Shown here: positions 50,330 to 63,379 of the stretch, one piece after another | Layout of the letters: each line of letters begins with the position of its first letter | How positions within the stretch are numbered: the stretch's first letter is position 1 | NCBI GenBank assembly: GCA_964016885.1 | Contig: OZ024741.1 | Location: 191,952,001 to 192,016,000 of the forward strand | DNA from: Eledone cirrhosa | Taxonomy: Eukaryota | Reading direction: 5' to 3' | Length of the DNA: 64,000 nucleotides | Program-made: the position numbers and the translations under genes | The notes under the pieces: generated by a model | What the model saw: the letters and a program-made list of their open reading frames with translations, nothing else | What the model was told of the DNA's origin: nothing | The model's database searches: none

Positions 50330-50392
50330 ATTTTATCTGATGAAAGCACACCATAATTTAACTTGGTGTCCTTGAAATATGTATAATGAAAT
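50330..50392 (+). ncRNA. Type-I hammerhead, copy 2
   Basis: AUUUUAU-CUGAUGA-AAGcACACCA...UGGUGUcCUU-GAAA-UAUGUA-UA|AUGAAAU. Confidence 0.7.
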
Positions 50393-50520
50393 AAATATGG
50401 TTTTATAAATATAGTTTCCATTTTTTAATATCGTATTTTTACTCCAATTATTTGTTGAGTGCTTTATATCAGTTATGAAAATATTTGCTTGTTGTATCCC
50501 AACAATTTAAATAGAACTTT

Positions 50521-50593
<73 letters not shown>

Positions 50594-50701
50594 CCATATA
50601 TCTATATGTATCAATAAATAACAACAATACGGACAACAACAATAACATCAAAAGTGGTAACATAAACAATAACTTTGACTATAGAAATAACAGCTATAAT
50701 A

Positions 50702-50815
50702 ATTGTTTCTACTTTTGGCACAAGGCCAGCAGTTACCCAGTACATTACTGGTACTTTATTTTATCGACCCCGTAAGGATGAAAGGCAAAGTTAACTTCGG
50801 CGGGATTTGAACTCA
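50702..50815 (-). mobile_element. tRNA-derived SINE, 5'-truncated
   Basis: Same family as 40522-40691. Confidence 0.8.
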
Positions 50816-50866
50816 ATAACGTTGCTGTTCCTGTATAGGAACAGCAACGTTAACGAGAGACAGAAC

Positions 50867-51200
50867 TATAGCGAAGAGACTGGGTTGTATGAATGTAACA
50901 AGGAGACATGGTTTGTGTGTATAATATTTAATCAACAATTTAACAGTATAGTTGACATGTCAATGAATAAACGAAAGAATGAAGCAAAGTTAGTAGTTAC
51001 CGTTTTGATTGCCAGGCAAACGCAGGCTGGCAGAAGACGCCTGGCGATGGCCAGGCGCCGGAAGGGCTAATGAGAGAGTGAGAACTTAAAGTTGTTAGTT
51101 TTATAGGGTTCTGACCGGAAGTTACAGAAAGGGTTCTACTTCCCGTCTAGATGTTAATCTATTGGGGTTGTGAGTCACAACAAGGGAGGCCACTGCTACA
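50867..51200 (-). mobile_element. Solo LTR
   Basis: Ends TATAGC / GCTACA; 4-bp TSD GAAC at 50863-50866 and 51201-51204; CTATAAAA box on the minus strand. Interrupts an (AAC)n tract. Confidence 0.6.
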
Positions 51201-51502
51201 GAACAACAACAACAACAATAATAATGGAAATAGCAGGAGCAGCAACGTTAACGATAGGCAGGACAACAACAACAACCACTAATAATAATGCAAATAATAT
51301 GAGTAGCAACGTTAACGATAGACACAACAACAACAACAACAGAAACAAGAAACACAATACAGGTAACAACTACAATGGTAGAAATAACAGTAACAACAAC
51401 AATACGTCTAATAATATAACAATAATAATAATGTCAATGGTAGGAACAACAACAACCATAATAACAATAATAGCAACACACACAACTATAACGATAGATT
51501 TA

Positions 51503-51615
51503 ATTGTTTCTACTTTAGGCACAAGGCCAGCAATTACCCAGTGCATTACTGGTACTTTATTTTATCGACCCCGTAAAGGATGAAAGGCAAAGTCAACCTC
51601 GGCGGGATTTGAACT
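51503..51615 (-). mobile_element. tRNA-derived SINE, 5'-truncated, with TSD-like flanks
   Basis: Same family as 40522-40691; flanked on both sides by AACTATAACGATAGATTTAAT. Confidence 0.8.
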
Positions 51616-51630
51616 ATAACGATAGATTTA

Positions 51631-54020
51631 ATGACAACCCCTTAGAGAACCTATTCTTCAACCCAGCTGACAAAATGAACAAAATTCACCTCACTAAATT
51701 ACCTTTTAATAAGAGTTTGTATACCACAACAAATAGATGACCAAACAGAAGCACAGTTCACCATAGCTAGAAATAAACTTAGACAGGTAGTAGACCAATA
51801 TACTAAGAGACAAAGCAGACCATAAATCCAACAACTTGGAAGGAAACCTGTAGAAGGCCTACTTAGCCCCAAGCAGCGCACAGGGGATGGTGAGGTAGTG
51901 TGTCCACCCGACGATAGGACCACCAAATACCTTTATGCGGAGCCAATATTGCTAGCAACTACAGGATATACTTTCTCTCGATGGCTATACGCCCCATAAT
52001 TAAGATGTTCCCAGATATGTGACAGTACAGAGGACGTCCTCAGCAGAATCAATGAGTGCACCATAACCTCAATGGCTAAAAAGACTCCCATGGGAAGATG
52101 GAATAGATGGACCAAACCCATACGGACACCCCAAAACAATGATCAGGTGAGAAAAATGGTCGCACATGCAATAGGGGCTAGTGTTAAAACTACCCTAAAG
52201 GGCCATATGTTTAAATTTAACGAAAACATCTACACCCAGAATGAGGGAGCAGCCATTGGCGTCAGCATAGCTGGTGACGTTGCCAATCTATTTATGGTAT
52301 GGTGGGAAAGGAGACTCAAAGAACTCCTTGAAGAGAGCTCCATAGACCTCGTCATGTACTCTCTGTACGTAGACGATATTAATATAGTAATAAGAACACC
52401 CCACAAGAGAGTACTAATGAACATGATTTAGAAGATAGCACAATGGAAAGCATCCAGCAGATAGCTAACTCCAGAGACCAAAGTATAACCGTAACTGTTG
52501 ACTACCCTTCCAAACACCCTAACAATAGACTACCTGTATTAGACACGGAACTTTGGATTAACACTATAGACGAGAGGGTCCAAATTCTCCACTCACACTA
52601 CGCGAAACCCATGGCCTCCAAATACCTGATACTCAAAAACTCAGCAGTGTCCAATAGTTCTAAGTTTAATATTCTGATCGCAGACTTGGTACGAGTGATG
52701 AAGAATGTGTCCCGCATGTGCGACCCAACAGAAATGGAAAGACACATCCAACACTCCATCAACCGCATGCAGTTCTCTGGCTACAACCAAAGAGATAGAA
52801 TCAGAGTATACAAAGGAGTCACGGAGAACTATAAGACCCTCATAGAAATGGAAATGAAAGGAATTTGCCCATTATACAGGAGAAAATCATGAAATAGCTT
52901 AAATAGGACTAAACATAAGATAGGGAAAGTCACTTCATGGTACGACAACCAGAAATACCAGACTGTCATGTTCGTGGATGCTACCCCTGGGGGAAATTAC
53001 CTAACGAATGTAGAAAGGCTCTAAGAAAGACCCACTTAAATATTAAAATGGTAGAAAAGCCAGGAACTACCATAAAGTCCCTGATCAGCAAAACATACCC
53101 CGTTAAGAAAACCCACTGTACTATTAAGAAATGTGTTATATGTAAAATGAACCCCCAGATAAACTGTAAAACTAGAAATGTAGTCTATAGCATAAGATGT
53201 ACAGAGGGTACTTACAGAAACACGACAACTCGAAGCATAGGAGAAAGAATAGACCAACACTGGGGGGAACTAAAAGGCCCCCCAAAAAACGGTTCAGTAC
53301 TATACGAACACGCTAGACAAAGACATGGCGGTAACATAGACAACATAGAAATTAAGATAATATCTAAACATAGAAATGACTCAACAGGTAGGCAAATCAG
53401 AGAAGCAACTGAGATAGAGCTTAGAAGACCAAAATTAAACAGAGAAAATTAATGTAATAACAACAACAACCATACCCAAACAAACAATCCTGACTTAAGG
53501 GAAATATAAATAAATAAATATATACACAACTACAATAACAATAAACATATAAACACAGAACACACACATAAAGATAGAATACAAAAACATAAACACAGAA
53601 CACACACACCAACCGTTATACACACACGAAAACGCATGCGCAGAGACGGAGACAAGAATAAATAAATAAATAAAATAAAAATGGCGTAGACATTACAGTA
53701 CATTACAATACAATGGGAGGAAACATAATAGTAGCACTGATGATGTTGCAGATGTGCAACGAAAGAACTTTGATAGACTATATATATATTTATATCGTAC
53801 TGGTAATAAGGTAGTAATAAATTACTGCCTTTCACTATTTAGGGTTTGTAATATATATAACTATAAAAGGTTTTAGTATATACATAACCATAAATAGTAT
53901 CCTTAATACTATATTTATATCTGTATTTTTTAACCGCTGGTCAATCAATGATAAACATTGATTACCAAATAAATTAACTATCGAGATATAAAAGATACAG
54001 AAGCGAAAGCCAACCAAACA
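51631..54020 (+). mobile_element. Penelope-like element, Neptune-type, decayed, with 3' pLTR
   Basis: QNEGAAIG...ANLFM, YVDD, LPVLD, linker CTIKKCVIC, VVYSIRC, ERIDQH, EH...HG, IREA...PKLN. Confidence 0.85.
53728..53781 (+). ncRNA. Hammerhead-like motif in the Penelope pLTR
   Basis: AUAGUAGCA-CUGAUGA-U-GUUGCA gaug UGCAAC-GAAA-GAAC-UU-UGAUAGACUAU; stems I and III are imperfect. Confidence 0.55.
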
Positions 54021-54060
54021 GTGTGTGTGTCCTGTATATATATATGCATATATATATATA

Positions 54061-54199
54061 TATTGTTATACTTTGGGAGGGTCATGTTGCCATGTTGCCA
54101 TGTTGTCATGTTGTCATGTTGTCATGTTGCAAATTCAGAAACGAAATATATATATATATGACAACATGGCAACATGACCCTCCCAAAGTATAACAATAT
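54061..54199. repeat. Small foldback with ~37-bp inverted arms and CATGTTGY 8-mers, in (TA)n
   Basis: TATTGTTATACTTTGGGAGGGTCATGTTGCCATGTTG / CAACATGGCAACATGACCCTCCCAAAGTATAACAATA. Confidence 0.8.
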
Positions 54200-54289
54200 A
54201 TATATATGCATATATATATATATATATATGCATATATATATATATACATATACATATATATATACATATATATATACATATATATATGT

Positions 54290-54412
<123 letters not shown>

Positions 54413-54421
54413 TATATATAC

Positions 54422-54890
54422 ACAGTCGGCTGACTGTTCGACTAATGGCAAATGAGCTGGGCATGAATCGGGACAGCGTTTGGAAGATTATCACTGTAGA
54501 TTTGGACATGCGCGAAGATGGCGCCAAAACTGCTGAACGATGACCAGAAGGGTTGACGCATGCAAGTGTGCCAGGACATCTTCGAGCATCTTGAAACCGA
54601 ACCAGACTTGCTAAGGACAGACATCACCGGTGATGAGTCGTGGATCTTCGAGTATAACCCGGAGGGGACCCGTTTTGAAGACGTGGACGAGATCAAAAAG
54701 GCGGTGACGAGGGAACTGCGGAGGATCCCGGAAGAATCCTTCCAGGAGTGCATGCAAGCGTGGCAGAAAAGGATGGAAAAGTGCATTAGACTCCAGGGGA
54801 TACTTTGAAGGAGAGAACTCTTAGTGTGAAGTTTGGGTTTGAAATAAATCTTTTGTGACATCAGTCCTGGAACTTTTCTGACACACCTCG
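54422..54890 (+). mobile_element. Mariner relic, 5'-truncated, catalytic core deleted
   Basis: [16 protein letters not shown]; [14 protein letters not shown] joined to [11 protein letters not shown]...W.KRMEKCI; TIR ...AACTTTTCTGACACACCTCG|TA. Confidence 0.9.
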
Positions 54891-55790
<900 letters not shown>

Positions 55791-55887
55791 TGTAATCTGA
55801 GTTTTTCGAATATTAATAATAACATTCGATTCGTTTGCAATTATGCAAACAAGCCTCATTTTTAAGCCATGTCATTCTTGCTCATGT

Positions 55888-55969
55888 GTTGGCATGTAAA
55901 CAGAACTGCAGACACTAATGTTTCTGGGTATCACCCTTCATCAGTACAGCTCACTGTTTACCTGCCAAC
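55888..55969 (-). ncRNA. Type-I hammerhead with GUC site and extended stem I
   Basis: GUUGGCAgGUAAACAGuGAGCUGUA-CUGAUGA-aGGGU gau ACCCa-GAAA-CA uuag UG-UC|UGCAGUUC-UGUUUACaUGCCAAC. Confidence 0.8.
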
Positions 55970-56017
55970 TGTCAGAGCTAGTGAAAATATATGCTATTTT
56001 CAAAAATACACAGTGAC

Positions 56018-56123
56018 TGATCGGCCTTGATTTGCATATTAGCAGACTGGCTGATCAGTCAGATCTGCATATTAGCAGATCCACTGATCAGCCAGATTTG
56101 CATATCAGCAGACTGGCCAGTCA
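56018..56123. repeat. Three ~33-bp tandem units with octamer-like ATTTGCAT
   Basis: TGATCRGYC.GATYTGCATATYAGCAGA x3. Confidence 0.75.
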
Positions 56124-56182
56124 GTTTCCTGTATACGAGCGATAAATCGCCGGCTTTGCCAGATTCAAATAAAAAAGAAAAT

Positions 56183-56280
56183 TTTGCTCAAGGACATGAC
56201 GCATAACCCAGTCCAAGAATCGAACTCACAACCTCAAGATTGTGAATCCAATTCTCTAAACACTCAGCCACACACCTTCA
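56183..56280 (-). mobile_element. tRNA-derived SINE head
   Basis: A-box TGGCTGAGTG, B-box GAGTTCGATTC, then GTCCTTGAGCAA. Confidence 0.7.
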
Positions 56281-56292
56281 CAAATGTGTGTA

Positions 56293-56327
<35 letters not shown>

Positions 56328-59300
56328 CATCATCATCATCTTCGTTTAACGTCCATTTTCCACGCTAGCATGGGTTAGACGGGAGATGTCCCGCTTGAGG
56401 CAAGGCTGGTCGGGTGACCGTGTCTCACTCATATACGACTATCTGGCAGGTTTTCTACGGCGGGATGCCGTTCCTAACACCAACCACATTTACAGTGTGG
56501 AACTGGGAACTTTTTACCGTGTTACCTACACGGCCACATTACAGCGTGGACTGTGTGTGATTTTATCGTGACACCTACACGATCTCGATCTCATTTTCTC
56601 GTGCTGTTGGTGGGAGGATAGGGTAGGGGGAGAGTATATGGGGTGTATATTTGGTCAAGAGGTGCCTACTGACTGTAGGTTTCGCTTTGTACATAGGCAA
56701 GGCGGGTCTTCTGTATTACTGTGTAGCGTCAAAGATCTCGGTCCAGAGACATTGTCTTAGAGAGATGTAAGTGTGTGAGGTCCGAATTTATCAGATCATT
56801 CCAGGTTTTTCTGGGTCTACCTACTCCATAACTACCATCAATTTTGATCGCCTTACATTTTTTTTATGCAGCTGTCGTCTTTCATACGCAACACGTGACC
56901 ATACCAACGGAGTCTTCTCTCAAGTAAACAGCATCTGATCCCTCTTATTCCTAATTTCTCACTTAGTTCATTTATGCTTTGCCGTTTACGTATATTACTA
57001 TTACACATCCAACGGAGCATGCATGCTTCGTTCCTTTCCAGTCTACGCAGGTCCTCTTCACGTAATGCCCATGTCTCACTGCCATGTAGCATTGCTGTTC
57101 GTATACAGGCATCATACAATCTGCCTTTCATTTTTAGAGAGAAACCTTTTGTGGCCAACAGCGGTATAAGCTCTCTGAACTTTTTCTATCCCGTTCTGAC
57201 TCTGGCTACTGTACTTTCAGAACACCCTCCACCTCTGCTGATTTCGTCACCCAGGTAACGGAAAGTGTCTACTATTTCTATAGAACCATCTGGGCAATAG
57301 AAGGAGCTAGTATCATGTGGACACTTGCTACTTATTGCACCTGAGCATCGGCCACATATAAAGTCTACGTTCTTAGATAGTTTACCTATGATCCCACTAC
57401 ATCTTTTCTGTACCCATACTTTGCATTTGGGACATAACATGGAATTTCTGCCTACTCCTTTCCTACACACTGAGCATGGCCATTTCCCTGAGGGCACCTG
57501 TGCCCTATTTTCGTTTCTACAAACTAGAACTTTAGTCTTAGACAAGTTAACTTTAAGGCCTTTTGATTCTAGGCCATGCTTCCATGTTTGGAATTTCTTC
57601 TCTAGTTCAGCCATTGATTCAGCTCTGAGCGTTAGATCATCTGCGTATAGGAGCTCCCATGGGCAGCCGGTCTTGAATTCCTCTGTTATAGCCTGAAGGG
57701 CAATAATAAATAAGAGGGGACTAAGGACAGAGCCTTGATGAACGCCAACTTTTACACTAAATTCTTCACAATATTTATTGTTAATTCTAACCTTACTGAC
57801 TGTTTCATTATACATAGCTTGTATAGCTCTCACAAGCCATTCATCTACACCTAGTTTTCTGAGAGCCCACCAGATAATGGAGCGGGGGACTCTGTCAAAA
57901 GCCTTCTCCAGGTCTACAAAAGCTAAGTAGAGAGGTTTACTTTTAGCTAGGTACTTCTCTTGTAGTTGTCATACAAGGAAAAGAGCGTCTGTGGTACTTT
58001 TACCTGGCACAAACCCAAACTGCATTTCATCTAGATCAATTCGCTCTCTGATTAGTTGCGCTATAACTCTTTCTGTGACCTTCATGACCTGGTCAACTAA
58101 CTTAATGCCTCTATAGTTTCCTCAACTAGAGCACCCCCTTTACCCTTGTAGCAGTTAATGATGCTGCTGCTACGCCAGTCTTTCGGGATGACCCCATTCT
58201 GTATTACTTGGTTAACTATACGGGTGACCATAGTGTGTCCCACCATACCAGCTGCCTTCAACATCTCAGCAACTATCTCCGAAGGCCCAGCTGCCTTGCC
58301 TGTCTTCATATCTTTGATTGCCTTACTTATTATACTACCTTTAACTTGCACCTTCTATTGGATCGATTTGGGGCAGACTATCTTTTTCCCATTTATTCTC
58401 CTCATTTAATAGTCTCTCGTAGTGACACTTCCAGGCTACCTTCTTATCAGTATCAGTGAGCGCAAGTACACCATTATCATTACGGACACACTTCTCCCCG
58501 ACAATATCCCGGTTTTCCTTGACACATTGTCTTGTAATCCTGAACACCTCACGTTTTTGGTCCTCACGTTGTAGAACATGCTTGAACATTCTATCCTCTG
58601 CTACCCTTTTTGCAAGGTACACTTTTCTCCTAGCTTCTCTCCTGGCGACTTGATAGTGCTCTCTACTTCCCCCACCCTGCCATACTTTCCAAGCCTGCTT
58701 TTTGGCCTTGGTTGTCTCTTCCACCTTACTGTCCACCACCACGTTACTCTCCTCCTGCCTATAGGTCTGCTCCAGCCACAGATTTCATCCGTTGCTTTCA
58801 GCAGGTTCACTTTCAAGAATTGCCACTGTTCCTCTATATTGCACGTCTCTAATTTCTCTTCCTTATTGTCAAAGGCATCAAGTAATAGGCTTTTAAATTT
58901 GTCACTGGCTATGGGGTCCTTCAACTTCCATATTCTTCTCCTCAAAGTAGGCCTTCTCTGTCGTCGAGTACGTCTATTCCTGACTATGAAGTCACTAACT
59001 ACTAGGCTATGTTGGGAGGTGCAATCTTCACGGGGGGGGGGGGGATTTAGTGTTTACAACAGACATTTTGTCCCGTCTTCTAGTAAGTAAATAATCTATC
59101 TGGCTGGCGTGTTCCCCTGATCTATAGGTGATCAAGTGGTTTTCACAATTCTTGAAGTTTGTGTTACAGATAGTGAGGCTATTTGCGTCACAGAATTCCA
59201 GGATTCTGAAGCCCTCCTCATTTCTATTTCCAACCCCGTAGCCTCCATAGATTCCATCATAGCCATCACTATGTTGTCCAACGTGACCATTTAGGTCGCC

Positions 59301-59545
59301 AGCAATAATTAAGTAGTCGCTGTCGGTTATTTGGGAGGTAGTGTGCATTAGCGACTCATAGAACCTGTCCTTTATAACATCAGGTAGACCAGATTGGGGT
59401 GCATAAGCAGACATTATTGTCACAGTAGTTCTTTTTAGAACTAGTCTTAATTCAACTATTCTGCCATTCACTCTATTTACATCAATTACCTTATCTACCC
59501 ATTTTTCAGCTAACATAATTCCTACTCCACCCAGTCCGTTGTGAA
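56328..59545 (-). mobile_element. RTE LINE (PHD family), near full length, frameshifted
   Basis: ORFs 59028-59516 (APE), 58341-58945, 57186-57833 (YADD and PHD) and 56853-57158; 3' UTR and (GAT)n tail. Confidence 0.95.
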
Positions 59546-61340
59546 GAACAAGAGTCTGAAAGTGAGTTAAGTTTATATGAGCTGGAAAGCAAGTGTGATT
59601 TCATGTGTGGGCAATTAGTGAAAATTTCTGTTTTTGCATTTAGGCAGGTTTTTGGTGATTTAAGGTTCTGTAAAATCCAATATTTTTCACTTGTGCAGAG
59701 TGCGCATCTTCTTGTTCCTCTTGCATATTCTTTAGATTGGTTCAAAATTGACCAATCTAATTTATATTGGATACCTTGGTCTTTCAAATCCCATATTCTG
59801 CTAGCCAGAACTGTTGTAAATCTATTTAAAGGATGTCGGAAAGAAGCGACATATGAGTAATAACGAGTTTTGAATTTGTCTTGTGTCATACCCACATATC
59901 GTTCGCTGGTGGCTGGTAGGTTGTTGGTGGTGGTTGTCCCTTTAGCCGCATATACAATGGCTTTGGTGTTGCATTTACCTTGTAATGGGCATTCACTTTT
60001 GACTCTACAGGAGCAATTTTGATATTCTCTGGGTATTTTCTTATTGAGGATATAAGATTTAATAGGGGGACCGCAGGAGTAGCTGATTTTGACACAGTTT
60101 CTATTGAAGATCTTATAGTATCTATGTGTTCTAGGGAAATGTTTATCTAAGAGCTCTAGGAATTTTTTGCCTACATTAGTTTTAACTTCTAAAGAGTAGG
60201 GGTGTGTGAACCAGATTATTTTTCTTTTCCTATTATTATGTTTAAAGGAGTTAGTATTGTTGGGTATGTACTTAATCGGTTCGCTAAATCCGCTATTTTG
60301 AAGGGCTTTATTATAGTAGGGGGATGCCTTATTGAAAATAGCTTCTGAGGAAGAGAGGGTGGAGATCCTACGGCTAATATTAGGGATAAGATTAAAAAAA
60401 ACTATAGGAGGATGGCAAGAGCCTTTATTTATATATTTTAAATTTTCATTAGGTTTATGGTACGGTTTATAAGAAGCAGTAGGCAGATCTAGGTTTATAT
60501 CTAGAAAATTAACATTAGAAAGGTTAGTGTCAATGGTAATTTTAAGATTAAAACTAGCGAAGGTTTTCATTAAGTCTTTCCTGAATCTATCTAAGATATG
60601 GCCTATAGTGGTATGGGAAAGTATTAGACCATCGTCACGATAAAGCCCATAGGTATGGTTAGGGAATTTCTCTTTAAGTGTGTGTAGGAGGAATAGGCCG
60701 ACTAAATCACACACGTCAGCACTGTCAAAAGAACCCATTGAGACATCGAATAGGTTCTCTGGGTTAGATTTTTTTACCCAAGTATCATTATTAGTAAATA
60801 GTAAAGTGTTTCTAGCATGCAAAATGACATTCTCTTCAATATCAGAAATATTGATAAAATTTCTAGCGAAATTTAATGCATTCGTTAAAAGAGGGTGAGT
60901 AATAGACGGGTAGAAGTCTACAATGTCAAATTGGGTGAATCTAGAACTATTTTTATCTTTAATATTATTAAACCAATGTACTACGGAAGAGCTATTTATC
61001 CATTGGAGTAATTCAGACTTACTTCTAATATGTTTGTTTATATTATTTAATATTTTTTTGCTAGCAAGGCCGATTTCAGTCTTAGCGGGGTTGATTAATC
61101 TACAACTAGGACGATTAATAAAATCAGGTTTGTGATCTTTGAGGGTGATATAGGCATTATGTTTAGCAAGTTTTTCTGTTCTATTGTCTAGTTTAAAAAA
61201 AACTAGCTAATTCTTTAGCTTCCTTATTAATAGTATTATAGGTGTTTATATTAGCTATTTGGTATTTAGAGGTGATGTTATCTGTTAAGAGTTGGTCATG
61301 TAAGTTATTATTAACTTCGTATAAGTTTTTAGTTATATAT
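59546..61340 (-). mobile_element. Penelope-like element, Naiad-type (RT plus GIY-YIG; frame open from about 61195)
   Basis: YITLKDHK, CRLINPAK, FDIVDFYPSI, FDVSMGSFD, GLYRDDGL, CSC-x5-CPLQGKC, YVGMT..FKTR, CALCTSEK, CPH. Confidence 0.92.
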
Positions 61341-61463
61341 AACGAAATAATTGTGGTAAGGAACCAGATGGACCATAACGCACCAAAGTACTCAATACTT
61401 AGGGTAATCCAGAAATAGCCGTCGAAACGGCTTGAGCTCTGCCGTCGGGGTCATACTTGTTCC

Positions 61464-61495
<32 letters not shown>

Positions 61496-61522
61496 GTGTG
61501 TGTGCGACGAATAAAATTTATT

Positions 61523-61619
61523 AGACATATTACAATAGTTTCTCTGGCGACCAGCTCGAGGCACGATCGATGCAATGATCGAACTTGACTCTGAAATCGC
61601 AAGATCCTCAGATACGTCT
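61523..61619 (-). ncRNA. Type-I hammerhead with large stem-II insert (best copy)
   Basis: AGACGUAU-CUGAGGA-UCUuGCGA...UCGCcAGA-GAAA-CUAUUG-UA|AUAUGUCU, then AAUAAA. Confidence 0.75.
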
Positions 61620-63379
61620 CGATTCTACGAAGCAGAGTTTCCAAATGTCCAGTTACACCCGCGGCCTTCACTCGGCAGCTTAAATCCCGTTGTTGTGTTT
61701 CGATGAGTGCTCAAGAATTGTACGTCATCGGTTTTTTTGGCCACTCATGGTCGTCGTATATTTGGTTCCTTTCATTTGCCACCTGTCAATCAAAGTTGTT
61801 TCTTATATCGGAATTACTACTGTAGGAGGTAAGGGGTTGTATGAGTGAAACGCTCGCGCCGTGTCGCAGCCATCCCAGCCTGTAGGCGCCCTCACCCATG
61901 TCCATATTTCGCACAGGCGTGATACATATGGGCATTTATAGACCCACAGCGATCACATATACACCCGCAACTGAATTATATGCGACAATCACAGTAAATT
62001 TTGAATATGCAGCGAATATTTAGAAAGAATTAAAAAAAAAAAGGGAAAAACATTTTAAAAAAGAACGTTTCAGAAAAACACACCCTCAACTCAAAAAACA
62101 CATTTCAAAAAAAAAAAAAAAAGCCCTATAAAAAGAAAGTTTAAAAAAAAATGCTTGAAAGAGCCTTTCAAAAAAGTTATTTCAAAGGTATTTTTGATAA
62201 ATATGCACATATCTACACACACTGTACCCAGGAAAGCATATATACTTAAGACGCTGCACATATATACAGATGAAAAAGTGGAAAATCTACACACACATAT
62301 GCATACACCTACACAGACATGTTCATACAAATACACACACCCAGACATGCATACACATGCATGTATGCATATGTGCATGCACACACATACATACATCTAC
62401 CTGTGCATGGGCATGCTTATACATCTAAAAAAAAGCACATACTTGATGAATACCTACATATCCACACACACACGCAACTGTGCACATGGCGCATAAAATA
62501 TTATATGAGACAACATTCTTGAGGCTTGGACCCAACCCATTCATGGAGCGATATAAGCCTGAAAGTGCATGCACAATATGCATAAATGCAATAGCTGCGT
62601 AATAACCATTCACTAATCAGATAACATGGGGTGCACATATATAAATGCGTGTACGTACATAAAATAAAATAAGATAAAATAAAATACTGGAAAAAGGAAT
62701 GTATACATAAAAAAGATGCAAAGAGGATATCTGTTAACGCCACCCCCACCCGGACATTATTGGGATGTGCATAAAATACTTGAATACTGTGATGCATAGG
62801 GTTATATAATATACAGAAGGACTGACGATCCAAGGACTGGGTAAGAACCTGCACATCAACCATGCACATGAGACGGATTTCATGACTGGTGGACACAGGG
62901 GACCTTGTGTGCATACACAAACAGGTTATATATATTGTGAATGTGTAGAATATCCATTTCATAATAGTATATATGAAATGTACATGGAATGGATGCATAA
63001 GTGGAATATACCAGCGGCTTGTGTTGCAGGCATGTATATAGCAACAGCAGGCAAAGTTAGAATTAAGTGCAACATTAACCTTAAGACCAGCATCAAGTCC
63101 AACATCAAAGTTGCAAATTAAACATCAAGAATCGAAAATTAAAAATTAAAAATCAAAAATTCAAATTCAAAACCACACATAAGGTTGTAAACAAAATCAG
63201 ATTTATATTGAGTCGGCGTCCTCACGTTGGTGGGACGGTGTTATCCAAGGAACGTTACGAGGTAGGTATCGCTGGATCTGTCGTTGATATCAGCTTGTTC
63301 CGCCTTGCATTCATAGGTATGTTGTGGCATATCGTGGTCCGCTGCATGCACCCCACCTGGCATTGTCATACCAGTAGGG

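Noticed and set aside
51170-51583. Asn/Thr-rich ORF
   Set aside because: (AAC)n/(AAT)n low-complexity tract reading into a SINE.
62515-62580. Hammerhead remnant (AGGCTT/AAGCCT-GAAA-GTGCATGCAC)
   Set aside because: CUGANGA and the UH site are missing; at most a dead relic.
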